Below are positions 1-12,244 of a stretch of 64,000 nt of DNA, piece after piece. Below the pieces are notes generated by a model, which ran no database searches, was not told where the DNA came from, and saw nothing but the letters and a program-made list of their open reading frames with translations. Position 1 is the stretch's first letter. Each line of letters starts with the position of its first letter. The position numbers were made by a program, and so were the translations under genes. Source of the DNA: Epiperipatus broadwayi (lineage: Eukaryota > Animalia > Onychophora); NCBI GenBank assembly GCA_028023455.1, contig JAQFVV010000002.1, forward strand, positions 27,962,001 through 28,026,000, read 5' to 3'.

Positions 1-1038
1 CTTACCAGTTAGATACATTTATACAGAATACTGTTTTTTATGTTGAACAAAAAAATTATTTGACATGAGTATTGTTAATAACAGCAAAATATCAAAGATA
101 TTCCAAATTTTTTGCCATATACACCTTAGATGTTCATTTCAATTCCTTTAATACCAGTTGATTCTTTATTGCAAATGGCGTGTTGTATACCTTCAATAAA
201 CTGCTTTTATTTGTGATGAGAAAGAATATCTACAGAGACTCCGAGAAAACTCTTTAAAATCTTCCACCCAATATTTTTACAACTTACGATTTTTTATTAG
301 AGCTGTAATGTTAGTTTACATATATGGTGTATATGTGCTTGTTTGTATAAATAAATATCATTAGTTATATTATTTCATCTATAGATTATTACAAAGTCAA
401 GCAAACCACAAACAAATTAAGCAAAAATGATGTTCTAATTTGGATTCTTTTCATTTAGCACTCCGAAAAAATTAAGAATGAATTAATTTTCAAATATCTG
501 CATGTGTTAAAGTAAATCTAAGAGAAAATGTTATAAAGAGTTTTAGATGCTAACTTTCTATTTGCAATTATAAAATGTTTCTGAAATGAAGAATATTTAA
601 AATATAATTCAACGATTCTTAGATTACAAACATGCTGGGCATGCTTTCGATGTTTACATTCCCAGATTCATAGCTTTAGTGCTATGAATTTGATCGTAAA
701 TGTCGAAAGCATGCTGAGCAAGTTAAATGATTTGTAAGTTTTTATTTTTTTCTTGTTAAACATGCAAAAAATGTGGTTTAAATAATATTAATATATATAA
801 CTTTCATGCATTTTTGGTATAAAGCATTTTTTCCAAAAGTGAATATTGCCCTCAATCAAAAATGCATTAAGATTATATATTTAATGTCATATTTTCTTCA
901 TTTAAGTAGTGTTTTTATAATTACACATTATTACATTCCAATTACACAGCTTTCATAGTTTATAGCTTTCTATTTAATATATTAATTTATTAAGCGCAAG
1001 CAGATAAAATAATAACATGAAAGGCTAAAACCTTTGAC

Positions 1039-1220
1039 AGTTGTGCCTTAAAAAATACTTAAATGACAGCCAATCAGAAAGTAATAATGACTGCACAAGG
1101 AACTCTCAATTAAAACACAAGCCAGAGACTTCTCTGGCTTGTGTTTTAATTGAGAGTTCCTTGTGCAGTCATTATTACTTTCTGATTGGCTGTCATTTAA
1201 GCATTTTTTAAGGTGCAACT
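1039..1220. repeat. Near-perfect fold-back, 90-bp arms, 2-nt loop
   Basis: 1039-1128 is the reverse complement of 1131-1220 (centre gccagaga-ct-tctctggc), with about 3 mismatches near the outer ends. Confidence 0.95.
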
Positions 1221-1555
1221 TTCTATTTAATGTAATATGAATTCATAGGTTGTTTTAGATGCATAGATTCAGTTTGATTAAAAACAAAGTAATGTTTTAA
1301 TTTGATAATTATTTTTGTTCTAATTTTCATCCATAAAATGATCTTTTTAAGGAGTTTCACATTATCACAAAATTATTTATATGATTAATTATTAGTATTA
1401 AGAAAAAAGATAAATATTACGTATTTATTCAATTTCCGAGATGATCCTAATGTCTGGCAAGATGCTTAAGCCATAGTTAAACGTATAATTCTATTATTAT
1501 TTTTTTCCTTCCAACAATATTGTAGCAAAATCTTGAACATTTTCAATAATTCATT

Positions 1556-2256
1556 TAAATTTATTAAATGCACATTGATTACGTAAGTAATATTTACCGA
1601 GGCTATAACCTCAAGAATATGCGTGTAAAATGCAATAGTAGGGACCTCTACAGATGTTTTAACCACAAGCTTACGCTATGGAAGAAAAGAGGGGAACTCT
1701 TCTTTACTTCAACCTACTTTCTATTTAAATATGTGAAGCTGAAGCGGTTAGATCTGCGAGCGTGAAGCTATTCAATACTTCACTGATTAAGTCCACATTT
1801 CTTATTACACATTAATACTCGCGAAATCTTTCGATTTACAATGAGTCAATGGAAAGATTTTATAGTTAGAAATCTATTACAGTAATTTAAAGTTGTAATT
1901 ATAAATTTATTAAATGCACATTGATTACGTAAGTAATATTTACTGAGGCTATAACCTCGAGAATATGCGTGTAAAATTCTAACTATAAAATCTTTCCATT
2001 GACTCGTAAATCGAAAGATTTCGTGAGTATTAATGTGTAATAAGAAATGTGGACTTAATCAGTGAAGTATTGAATAGCTTCACGCTCGCAGATCTAACCG
2101 CTTCAGCTTCACCTATTTAAATAGAAAGTAGGATGAAGTAAAGAAAGGTTCCCTCTTTTCTTCCATAGCGTAAGCTTGTGGTTAAAACACCTGTAGAGGT
2201 CCCTACTATCGCATTTTACACACATATTCTCGAGGTTATAGCCTCAGTAAATATTA
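1556..2256. mobile_element. Family A fold-back element (~280-bp arms plus internal 76-bp direct repeat; ~346-nt monomer)
   Basis: 1588-1871 is inverted at 1977-2256, and 1556-1631 is repeated directly at 1902-1977. Diverged relatives at 2605-2850, 13058-13411 and 53403-53650. Confidence 0.85.
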
Positions 2257-2419
2257 ATAATTCACTTACTAAATGTTGCTTAATTATAGAAATTCTGAAT
2301 AAATATTTATGAAAGATTTGTCATATTAAACAGATATGAAAATTTATATATTTAAACAATTTTACAAAACTATTCTTAATTTACAATGAAAGTAATTCAT
2401 TAAAATACAATTTTAAATA

Positions 2420-2537
2420 GTCGAGCATTGTTAGCCGAGAGGTCAGCACAGCTGCCTTGCAAGCAAGCAGTTGGTTGCAGGCGGTTGTTGCGGGTTAGTC
2501 TCCCGGCCGATGCTATGACAAATGGAAAAAAAAAAAA
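2420..2537 (+). mobile_element. tRNA-Gly-derived SINE
   Basis: gtcgagcattg...gccttgcaagc...cccggccgatgctatgac plus A tail. Head and 3' end resemble tRNA-Gly; the anticodon/variable region is expanded. Confidence 0.85.
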
Positions 2538-2604
2538 TCCTATCATATCTTTAGGCATAATTCAAAGAATTATAACAATAATGAAAAACCTGTAATAATT
2601 AAAA

Positions 2605-2850
2605 TTAATATTTATATAAGGCTATAACCTTAGCACATGTGCCTTTTGTGCTTAATTTTATTACAAGAGAGACTTCTACAAATCTTAACACAAGATTCGA
2701 CTTTATAAAGATAAGAGCGGCCACTCTTATCTTCAACCTATTTTTGTAAGTATATAGGAAAATCTAAAGCATTTTGATTTGGGAGTGTGAAGCTAATAAA
2801 TTCTTCACTGATTAAGTCCACTATTTCTGTTACACATTAACGTTCACCTT
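2605..2850 (+). mobile_element. Family A diverged copy
   Basis: Shares ggctataacc, the aagataagag..ctcttatctt hairpin and gtgaag..cttcactgattaagtccac with 1588-1871. Confidence 0.7.
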
Positions 2851-3589
2851 ATATAAATATTACGTGCTGACATTGTGCTTAACAAGAATTAATATTTACA
2901 ACTTTAAAATTAATGTTAATTTTTTTAATGCATAAAAAATCCAACCATATCCTTTGGCACACCAGCCAAGATTTTAAATAAATGATTGATTTTTATAACT
3001 TTTTCCATATAAAAAGATTTGTTGCTTATCCTATACATGAAATAGTAATTAAAAAAAAAAATTATTTTACATGAATAAAGTTTTACAAGTTTTTCACTGT
3101 CTTTGGTCATATATTTCAGGAATATGTGATCGAATAGAAGATTGAAGTATATCTAAAAATATATACATAAAGTTAAATTATAACACTTAGCTATGTATGT
3201 CTCACACTCTTGAAAACTGAAATGGATGTTTGAAAAATGCATCCATAATGAGAGATTGATCTGATTTTGAGCTGGTGGGTGGGTACGATAGAATTGAACT
3301 AAGGTGGAAAAATGTAGTGATAAAAGCAAAAATTTGAAAATATATATTAGAAATATATATATTTCTGTTAATTTTTCAAGTTAAAATTGAAGATAATTCA
3401 TTTCTTTACAAATTTATTTATAAATATTATAATGCATAACACTAGCTGAAAATTGAATAGAAAATATTAAATCATCCTTCCAAACATTAAGATACTTCAG
3501 CAACACCCTCTGTGAATAAATATATTTATTCATAGAAGGTATTGCTGAAATATCTTAACAAAAGCTGCCATGTAAGATAAATAAAAACA

Positions 3590-3900
3590 TAATTACAAAA
3601 AAAAAACACCACTAAAAAAAAAAAAAAAAAAAAAATTTTTTTTTTTTTTTTTTTTTTTTTGCCCCCCCCTTTCTTTTTTTTTTTCTTTTTTTTTAAATTT
3701 TTAAAACTTTTTTTTTTTTTTCAAAAAAAAAGGGTATTTTAAATATAACCCCCAAAAAAAAAAAAAAAAAATATTAAAAAAAAAAAAAAAGTGATTTTTT
3801 TCCAACCCCCCCCCCCCCCCCTTTTTAAGAGAGGGAAAAAATTTTTTTTTTTTAAAAAAGGAAGTTTTTTATTTTTATTTTTTAATTAAAATAAAGAAAA
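3590..3900. other. Homopolymer-rich low-complexity tract, probable low-quality read or assembly artefact
   Basis: Alternating long A, T and C runs with no periodicity, typical of base-calling failure after a poly-A run. Confidence 0.7.
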
Positions 3901-5950
3901 AACTTAAGATACTGAATCCCATATAAAATTAAAAATTTAATTTTTTTTTCTAAAATTGTTCACAAACTTTAAAAACATGTCGCCAGGAATGCATATGTGC
4001 AAAATTTTATCTAGATTGGAAATTGGTAAATGGCTGAAAATTGAAGTACAAAATTTCTCAGACAGACTTAAACTAATTTAAATAAAAACATATAATAAAA
4101 TTATAAATAAGTCTTTAGAAAAAACAAAACTGTATAAAGTGTTTGTCTTTTGAATTTTCCTCTTCCCTTAAAAAACACGTTATAAATGAAAAACAATTGA
4201 AAAAGTATTATTCAATTCTATATGGTATATCTTCGATATAATATATACATAGCTAATTTGAGTCTTATATAAAGCCATAATAATAATAGTCAATAAATAG
4301 GAAAAAAATCCAACAAATTTCTTTAGAATTTGCAATTAAAAGAAAACCAATTGCCACTATTAAAAATTCAAACCATTTTCAATATTTGCATTTTAAAATA
4401 TATATATATATAAGTCAATTTGAAAAGTTCCAGTACTATCATTTTTGAAACAAAACATTTTCTATATGAATTAAAATTGTCAATTTCTAATCATAATCAA
4501 TGCTTACAACTCATATTTGGATAAGCAGATGTCACATTTTCATAAAATTTGACAATCGGACACTATATGTCACTCGTCAAAAAAAAAAAAAAACACCTTA
4601 TGCCAAATGTGCTTTCTTCTATCTCTTGTCAAAAAAATTTTCTTTACTCTTCTTGGATACATTTTCACTGCTACTGTCACCCAATTGCATTTTGCCATGC
4701 ATAATCACCAATGAAGACACTGCATTGGCATTTTTGCAGCAGCACAAATGCATCCTGCTTATATGACACAAATGAAGGAAAAGAGTGAATGTGTCCCCAT
4801 TTTGGGCTGCCCATCTCAATGCTGCCAATCCACTTGATCAGTCAGAAGAAATAATGCCGTCTTTTATTACTCCAATGTGATAAGAATGAATCCATGCTAT
4901 ATATTGGAACTGCTATTCATCATGTTCCTACCTATCGGAACAGTTACAACCAAGTTTGCTGGCAAATCTTTTAATAGAGGAATGGTTCCACTTTTTAGGG
5001 AAGTTTACTAATCACACAACTTATCACTAATAATATTTTAATTTTTTTACAAAAAATGATTAGTTTAAGTTTAATCTATATATCATCTCTCTCCCCTTCA
5101 TACCTCTTTTTTAAACCCAATAATAAATTGAAAAGAGAAATAAAAATTTGTCAAAAAACAAAACACCTGTCAATGAATAGTATACAAGAGGTTTCACATT
5201 AAATAGTGAATTTATAAATTTAGTCATAGTAGTATTACCTCTAGAAGAAATAACTATTTTTGCAAAGAAATTACAATTTCTCAATTAAGTTTAAAGCAGT
5301 ATTTAGACTCGATTAAATAAAAAAATTTAAATGTAGATAGCCAATTAGATCAATACCCAATATGTCAAATTACTGAACCTTTAATAGTTTATATTTTGTT
5401 ATTATATAAAAATACACATAAAATTTTATATTTTTGTGTAGTTTTTTTTTAAAAGAAAAATTTGTATTACATGTTCACATTAGTTTCTTTAATAGTTCCT
5501 TTGGTTTGAAAATGTTAAATTTATTGATTAATATCTTCATTATGACTTTAGTTGCTCTATTTGGTATGTTTTAGGTAATACATCTACTATATTAGCACCC
5601 AAAATAATTCTTTAGACTATTTTATAGTCAAGGTCCATTTACAGATAAAGTTATGAATGTTATACTATACTGATTTCTATAATTTTTTGGTAGGTTTTTT
5701 GAATACAAATATATATTATATAATGAACAACGGTGCCCCCCCCCCCGGGTATGTTATTTTCAAATTACTGTTAACAAATATTAGATTTAGCTGTACATCA
5801 ATTCATCGTTATTGTAGGATTCATATTAGGGAAACTGTTTTGGAATCCAACATTTTGTAAAATGATCGAATTCAAAGTAACTTCATTGACACGACAAACT
5901 TATAATTTTTTAATAGCAAAATACAGAATTATTCTTGCAGTGTCTTATTT

Positions 5951-6409
5951 AAACCACCAAACATCATATGATCACTATTTCTTATGCAAGCCAGAGTAAT
6001 CAATGATTTTATGCATAAGCCTTCTGACATCCATTGATTACCCTGGCTTGCACTGAGTGGCACTACTGTATGGAGAGTTTTGCCTATTTTAATAACAGAG
6101 TCTTATTTATATGTGATGTATATTTATTTATACTCATATATATATATTTTTTAAAAATTAATTATCCAACGTTATTTTCTAGGAAATAAGTCCATTTTGA
6201 TATTAACTAACAAAAAATGCAAACTTCATGTAATAGAAACATGTTATAGAATAAAGTATTATAAAATTAAATATAAAATTATTTTATATGTTACATGATC
6301 ATAATTTCTTACGCTTGCACATAACTGTCATTAAAATAGGCAAAACTCTCCATACAGTAGTGCCACTCTAGCTGGCACTGAGTGGCACTACTGTATGGAG
6401 AGTTTTGCC
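5951..6409. mobile_element. Two short family B fold-backs (5951-6090; 6292-6409)
   Basis: Terminal segment gagtggcactactgtatggagagttttgcc. Perfect 30-bp arms at 6339-6368 / 6380-6409. Confidence 0.85.
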
Positions 6410-6650
6410 CGTTTTATTTTATATATTATTGTCCAATTTTTCTAACATATACATATTATCAAAAAAAAAAAAAACCCCACCCCTTTCTTGTAACCCAAGA
6501 AAGTGTAAATTACATGGAAAATTTCTTGTGATTATTCTGAAATGTCAGCTATTTATTATTCTATTTTTGTGGGATTATTAATATGTACATTTCTTTCAAA
6601 TAGATTTAAGTGCAGATTTTAATGAAAGTTCAAATCGTTTTGACCGTATA

Positions 6651-7546
6651 CAAGGTGTAGCAATTTAATTCCCGGAATGACCGTGTGGTGTCACCCATGA
6701 CTTATTTATATCAAAATCACACGAGCATTCAGGTTTGAATATGTTTAAGCTAACACGTGTAAATTTTAAGCTGCTAGAACTAATTGTTAGTTAACTATTG
6801 AGAAGATAATAAATACCCCTGCATATACTTGGGTGTAAAAATGGGTGATCAAAATCAAATTTTATGTGAAAATTGGCAAATGTGCTACTGAAACCAGACA
6901 ACTGTTGCAAGTAGCATATGGTGAAAATGCTATGAAGAAATCAATTGTGTTTTAGTGGTATAAGAAATTCAAATATGGGCAAGAAGATGTGTCACATGAT
7001 CTTGGAAGTAGACAGACAAAAGAACAATGATTGATGTTAGTAGTCCACCAAGAATTTATTGAACAGGAACAAACAATGAACCAACAATGTTATTTAAAAG
7101 TATTTCAGAGATTATAAGCTTCTGTTCAAAGAAAAAGACCCGAATTATGGCCTAACAAGTGGATCATTTATTATGATAATGCACCAAGTCATAGTACATT
7201 CATTGTGAGAGACTTTTTGGCTAAAAAAATCAATTATACAACTAGATCATCCTTCCAATTCATCTGACTTACCTCTCTGTGATTTTTGGTTATTTCCCAA
7301 ATTAAAATTTGCACTGAAAGGATGAAGATTTTCTACTGCAACTGATATCCAAAAGAATGTCAGATAGATGCTCAATAGTATTCCTGAAAATGAGTTCCGA
7401 GTGTGCTTCCAGAAATGGGAATGCTATTTAAATCAGTGTATAGATGCACAAGGAGACTATTTTGAAGGGGATATTAGCTATTAGAGTACACTTCCACATG
7501 TATATTTTATAAAGGTGCATTCCAGGAATTAAATTGGCATACCTCA
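6651..7546 (+). mobile_element. Mariner DNA transposon, internally deleted, pseudogenised transposase
   Basis: TA-flanked ~30-bp TIRs (caaggtgtagcaatttaattcccggaatg / cattccaggaattaaattggcatacctca). Translation gives KFYVKIGKCATET, WIIYYDNAPSH, SSDLPLCDFWLFPKLK and CIDAQGDYFEG, with stops and frameshifts. Confidence 0.92.
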
Positions 7547-7953
7547 TATATAGTTTTCCAATCAAAAATTATATGGAAAGGATTTTTTTATCCGTAAAAA
7601 TAAACAAATAAATGTATATACATGCATACTCTACTTAGAAAATACTAAAACAAGTTTTGAATAAACAATATTTAGAAATTTAATCACAACCAAATCTACA
7701 TTTGAAATAGGAAGTTTTTAGATCTGGAATCACATAGAATCTATTTTGGGGTATTGGTGGTTTTGCTTTGAGTTAAAATAAAAGTAATTATAAAAAATTG
7801 CACCAAAATTAAAAGTTATTAAAAAATATCTTTTAATTAGAAGAACTGACGTTGGTAATAAAGACACTAGTGAACCTATCTCCTGGTCGGAATCTCTACC
7901 AGTTCCTTTAAGATATTTGGCTTGAGTTAATATTTTGAATCTTATGTCCTAGC

Positions 7954-7994
7954 TCCTCACTGATGAGAGCCATAGCTCGAAACCGGTCTGGGGA
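7954..7994 (+). ncRNA. Minimal type I hammerhead ribozyme, canonical core
   Basis: tcctca-CTGATGA-gagc(cata)gctc-GAA-accggt-c-tgggga: stem I, G-C-closed stem II, palindromic stem III, GUC cleavage triplet. Flanks resemble families B and C. Confidence 0.88.
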
Positions 7995-8821
7995 TGGGGA
8001 CCATCATAGATAAAAGCTTCATGTATTTTCTCTTGTAGCATTTATCATAAAAAATAAAATAATTAAGCTTGTTTAGAGCTAATAGCAGGCTCTTTATATA
8101 TTACATATAGGTAATACAAGCTATATAGGTCATGTGATATATGACTGATTTTTACTATTATAATAGTTATTAAAAAAAAAATCCATATGCTAAATATAAT
8201 TGTCATTTTTTTTTTGATATTCATATATGCAAATATATTTTTAAAAAAAAAAAAACATCTATTTTATTTTTTTTAAAAAAATATAGCCATATAACTAATA
8301 GCAATATGATATATATATATGAAAAACTGTAACCATTTGCAGTTGGGAGTAGAAAGTAATACATGGTGGAAAAGTGTGAATGATTTATATATGTTACACA
8401 AATATCACATTTAAAAGGTTTTTTTTTTTTACAGATTCCATGAATGAACAAGACTGCGTTAAAATTTCTCAGAAAGCATTTGGTTTCTGATTTGAAAATT
8501 TCAAATGCACAGAACCATTCCTACTTTTTGGACTTCTTTTATAGAAAAGATTTACATTTGTAATCATGGACTTTGAAATAATTTATAAATATCACTTTGG
8601 AAGAAATAAAAATTTTTGAGCGGTCAGAATAATGAAAGTGTAGTCCAGAAATATAGAGATTGTAAATGCATTCCTTAAATCTAGATGACATTTATAGGAT
8701 ATAATTGTATAAAATGCGTACATATATGTTTATAGAAAAAGATTTATCAGTGAATTACATGCATAAACAGTAATATAATTTTCTTCTTCCTTTTCTTATG
8801 TATTGATTTCTATATTTACAT

Positions 8822-9052
8822 ATACCATTTCCATCTTTCTTTATACACTTCAATACTATTTTTTTATATCAAAACTTTATTCTTACAGTCTCGACTGTCC
8901 TGCAATCATCATCGCAGCTCTTTAAAATCTTTTTACATGGGAAAGTAGATTTTAAAGAGCTCTGATGATGACTGCAGGACAGTCGAAACTAAGAATAAAG
9001 TTTTGATATAGAAAACAGTTGTTGAAGTGTATAAGAAAGGTGGAAATGGTAT
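8822..9052. mobile_element. Fold-back (~105-bp arms) carrying a hammerhead-like motif (family E)
   Basis: Arms ~8822-8930 and ~8946-9052. Right arm reads CTGATGA-t-gactg(cagga)cagtc-GAAAC at 8962-8989. Confidence 0.8.
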
Positions 9053-10070
9053 GATATATAAACAGTAATGTTAGTATTCATATATATATACACACATACA
9101 TATTATGGACGTGTTATTGTAAATGTTTTTTTTTTTTAAGTTTTGAGAAAACAGCCATTATTACATTTTTTGTATCAATATGTAAATGTTAGGTTAATAA
9201 AAATCTTTAAAAAAAAAACAAATATAAATAATTCTATAGCAAAACTATCAATTTTTTCAGAACCTTGGCAGTTATTAAATTTTTTGAAATGTGGATTCAC
9301 ATTCACTACAATTAAAATAAGAATAAAAGTATACGAATGAATTTCTTATTACCTACTTATAAAAGGTCAATAAATGAGGAACAAATACTGTTTTATCTTC
9401 ATCTTTGAACATCTAATATGATAGTATCCTAGATAGTAACTAAAACTTCCATCAACGATAACAAAGTTAACACAACAAAGTTGTCATTTAAATGAATTAT
9501 GGAATCATGTCCACAAAGATAATTTGTAAACCTAAATTAAATAAATAATCAAAAGCTTTAATCACTCGGTAATCCACAAGAAGTTTGAACACTGAAGTAA
9601 CAGAGTTGGGCTACAATACATGAACTCTAAGCTCCAGTCTGCCAAGGTAGCATTCATTCTTTTTCATGAATATATGGTTTGAATGATGGGAAAGTTATTT
9701 TGTTTGATATATATATAGACAGCATGATTCATTGAATTTCACTTGAAAAGATCTATTTGTTAATAAATGAATCCATGTTTGTGGAAGAATTTTAGTAAAC
9801 GTTTGTTTTTTGGCTAGTCTTGTAATGTTACATTTTTATTTACCAATCATTTTCTAAATTAGAGAGTATCTCTAGCACAGATATAAACTTTAAATCTCAG
9901 TTAAAGATTAATATATCGGAGTTTTTAATTTTAAACGTACACACACATGAAGTTATTCACCTTTCTCTTTGCTATGTGTAATATCTTTATAGATATATTA
10001 AACAACCTCCATACTTCCCCATTCTTTTTAAATTCATATAAATAAAGATACAATAAAAGACAAATGACCC

Positions 10071-10110
10071 CCAAGATGCATTTCATGCTGAACCAGCACT
10101 CATCAGTTGG
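10071..10110 (-). ncRNA. Minimal type I hammerhead ribozyme (family D), intact
   Basis: Minus strand ccaa-CTGATGA-gtgct(ggttc)agcat-GAA-atgcat-c-ttgg, AUC triplet. Lies within a ~483-nt terminally redundant unit (direct repeat at 9845 and 10328). Confidence 0.85.
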
Positions 10111-10914
10111 CTCAGATTACTATCTCCCATATATATCTCTATTATATGAAGAGTATTTATCTATAGTAAATATGAGATGGCACTGATAATGGGTCGTGTG
10201 AAAGTCTGAGTTCGCATCCCGCATATACTATAGTAAATTGTTACATTTTTATTTACCACTGTTAAACTCATTCCACTCACAACTTTGACACCATCCACCT
10301 TATGTAAGCACAATAATGATTATTAGTAATCATTTTCTAAACTAGAAATTATCTCTAGCACAGATATATGCATGGTGGTCCAAGATAAAAATTTATTGCT
10401 AAGATATAATCAAAATTAGTTACTACAGTTGTAGCTGGGGGATTTTTTTTTAATAAGCAATATATACTCCATAATCATCATCATTAAAATTGATGTTAAA
10501 TGCTGTGTTATTTCTCTGCCCAAAGATTAATTGGATTAATTAGCAACAGAGTAATGCCATTTGGGGGGGGGGGGATAATAAAACTTTCAAATGTCCATCT
10601 GAACAATTCATCAAATGGCACTTGATAAAATATATGTAACTATTAATCATAAAGCAATTTATATATCTGTAATATTGTGGAAATATATAGGCTACCTTTT
10701 GCATACATAGAATTAAAAATAGAAGAAAAATAACAATAAATTTTCAAGTAATCAAAAGCGGGTGAATAAACTCAAACATACAAAGATACAAATATACAAT
10801 CAAGTATGAAAATTGAAAATGAAAAGTCATTTCTGATTCTCATGATAACAATATCTATTTTTAATATTTCAATACAGGTATAGTATATAAACTTAAACTA
10901 TGTGTAATTAGAAG

Positions 10915-11390
10915 GGATTTGAACCCAGACTTTCAAGCTCCTTTCAGTCATCTAATATCCTGTATAATTGATACACACGACCACATGTGAAACAAATAAA
11001 TGATCTCTAATATACGTATTTCATGCTGAACCAGCACTCATCAGTTGGTCCAGATCATCATCTCTTACACATAAATATATAATCAGTGCTCAGTTTATAT
11101 TAAGAAAGCAAATTTTCAAACTTTAATGGACAGGTTTCAGTCTTCTCCAACTCTTCAGTCATCCATAAAGATTGAAGATTCAAGTTTGAAGATTTGCTAT
11201 CTTAATATAAACTGAGCACTGATTATAAGTATGTGTGTGAGATGATGATCCGAACCAATTGATGAATACTGGTTCAGCACAAAATACATATAATGGAGAT
11301 CATTTATCTTTTTCACCGTATGTGGTCATGTGTATCGGTTGTATGGGATAGAATGGATAACTGAAGGGAGCTCTAAAGTCTGGATTTAAT
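10915..11390. mobile_element. Family D fold-back with a hammerhead in each arm
   Basis: Arms ~10917-11125 and ~11176-11388. Minus-strand HHR at 11007-11048 has an intact core; the plus-arm copy (~11255-11295) is degenerate. Confidence 0.85.
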
Positions 11391-11429
11391 AATATCTATT
11401 TTCGTAAATCATAAATGCAAAATTTAAAA

Positions 11430-11850
11430 CTAGTAATATGCCTATGTGCTTAAAAAGGAAGGTTTTTAATAAATGCGTGCTATCAGTTCTTACTTATGGA
11501 TCTGAGACTTGAACACTTACAAAAAGAGCAATACAGAAACTTCAGACCACTCAAAGAAGTATGGAGAGATGCATATTAGGAGTAATAAGAAGAGATCGAA
11601 AATGAAATACATATGTGAGAGAACAAACAAGTGTTACTGACATCATTAAAAGAATTAAGAGACTGAAGTGGAATTGGGCTAGACATATTGCTAGAAGAGA
11701 TGATAATAGATGGCCAGTTTCCAAGAGATTGTAAAAGACCTACAAAAAGAACACATGTGAGATGGATGGCTGAAATGGTGTGATGTGGAGAAGAGAGGCT
11801 AGAAATTGGAGATGGATTGATCTTCATCCTGCAGTGGATCAATCATAGTT
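11430..11850 (+). mobile_element. RTE-clade LINE 3' fragment
   Basis: VLTYGSET*TLT..KLQTTQRSMERCILG..DRK*N..IKRLKWNWARHIARRDDNRW. Confidence 0.88.
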
Positions 11851-12244
11851 TAAAATGATAATGATGAATATATGTAAAATGCAAGACGGGGCCATACAAT
11901 AGTGCATAATCTTTTTCAGTACAGGTTGCCATTGCTTGCAACCAACTTAACACCCTTTATTCTTACAGTTTAATATTTAGTTATATCATAAATTTTAACG
12001 AGTTAGTCATAATAAGTTGTTAAATGAACTGAAAAATGCAAATTTTGTTATGGTCTCAATTTAGAACTATCTTTGCTTTTAAATAATTAAAAAATGTCAC
12101 TTTTAAAAAATAATTTTTGATAGCTTTAGTAATTTACATTCAATTTTATTATAAGTTAAACAATAGGAAAGAGCTTAAAATCTCCATTTAGAATATTATC
12201 AAACATATTACCAATTTAGTAATATCATATCATGAAAAAATTAA

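Noticed and set aside
1762-1840. cttcaCTGATTAagtcc...gcGAAAtc in family A as a standard hammerhead
   Set aside because: The core reads CTGATTA or CTGTTTA, and no stem II partner or stem I pairing could be assembled in any copy. Kept only as a structured-RNA candidate.
3590-3900. Homopolymer tract as a biological repeat or telomere-like structure
   Set aside because: No periodic unit; the pattern is typical of poor base calls.
4619-4828. ALRWAAQNG as an ankyrin-repeat exon, or the region as a piggyBac remnant
   Set aside because: Single short motif, flanking stops and no splice sites; neither reading is supported well enough.
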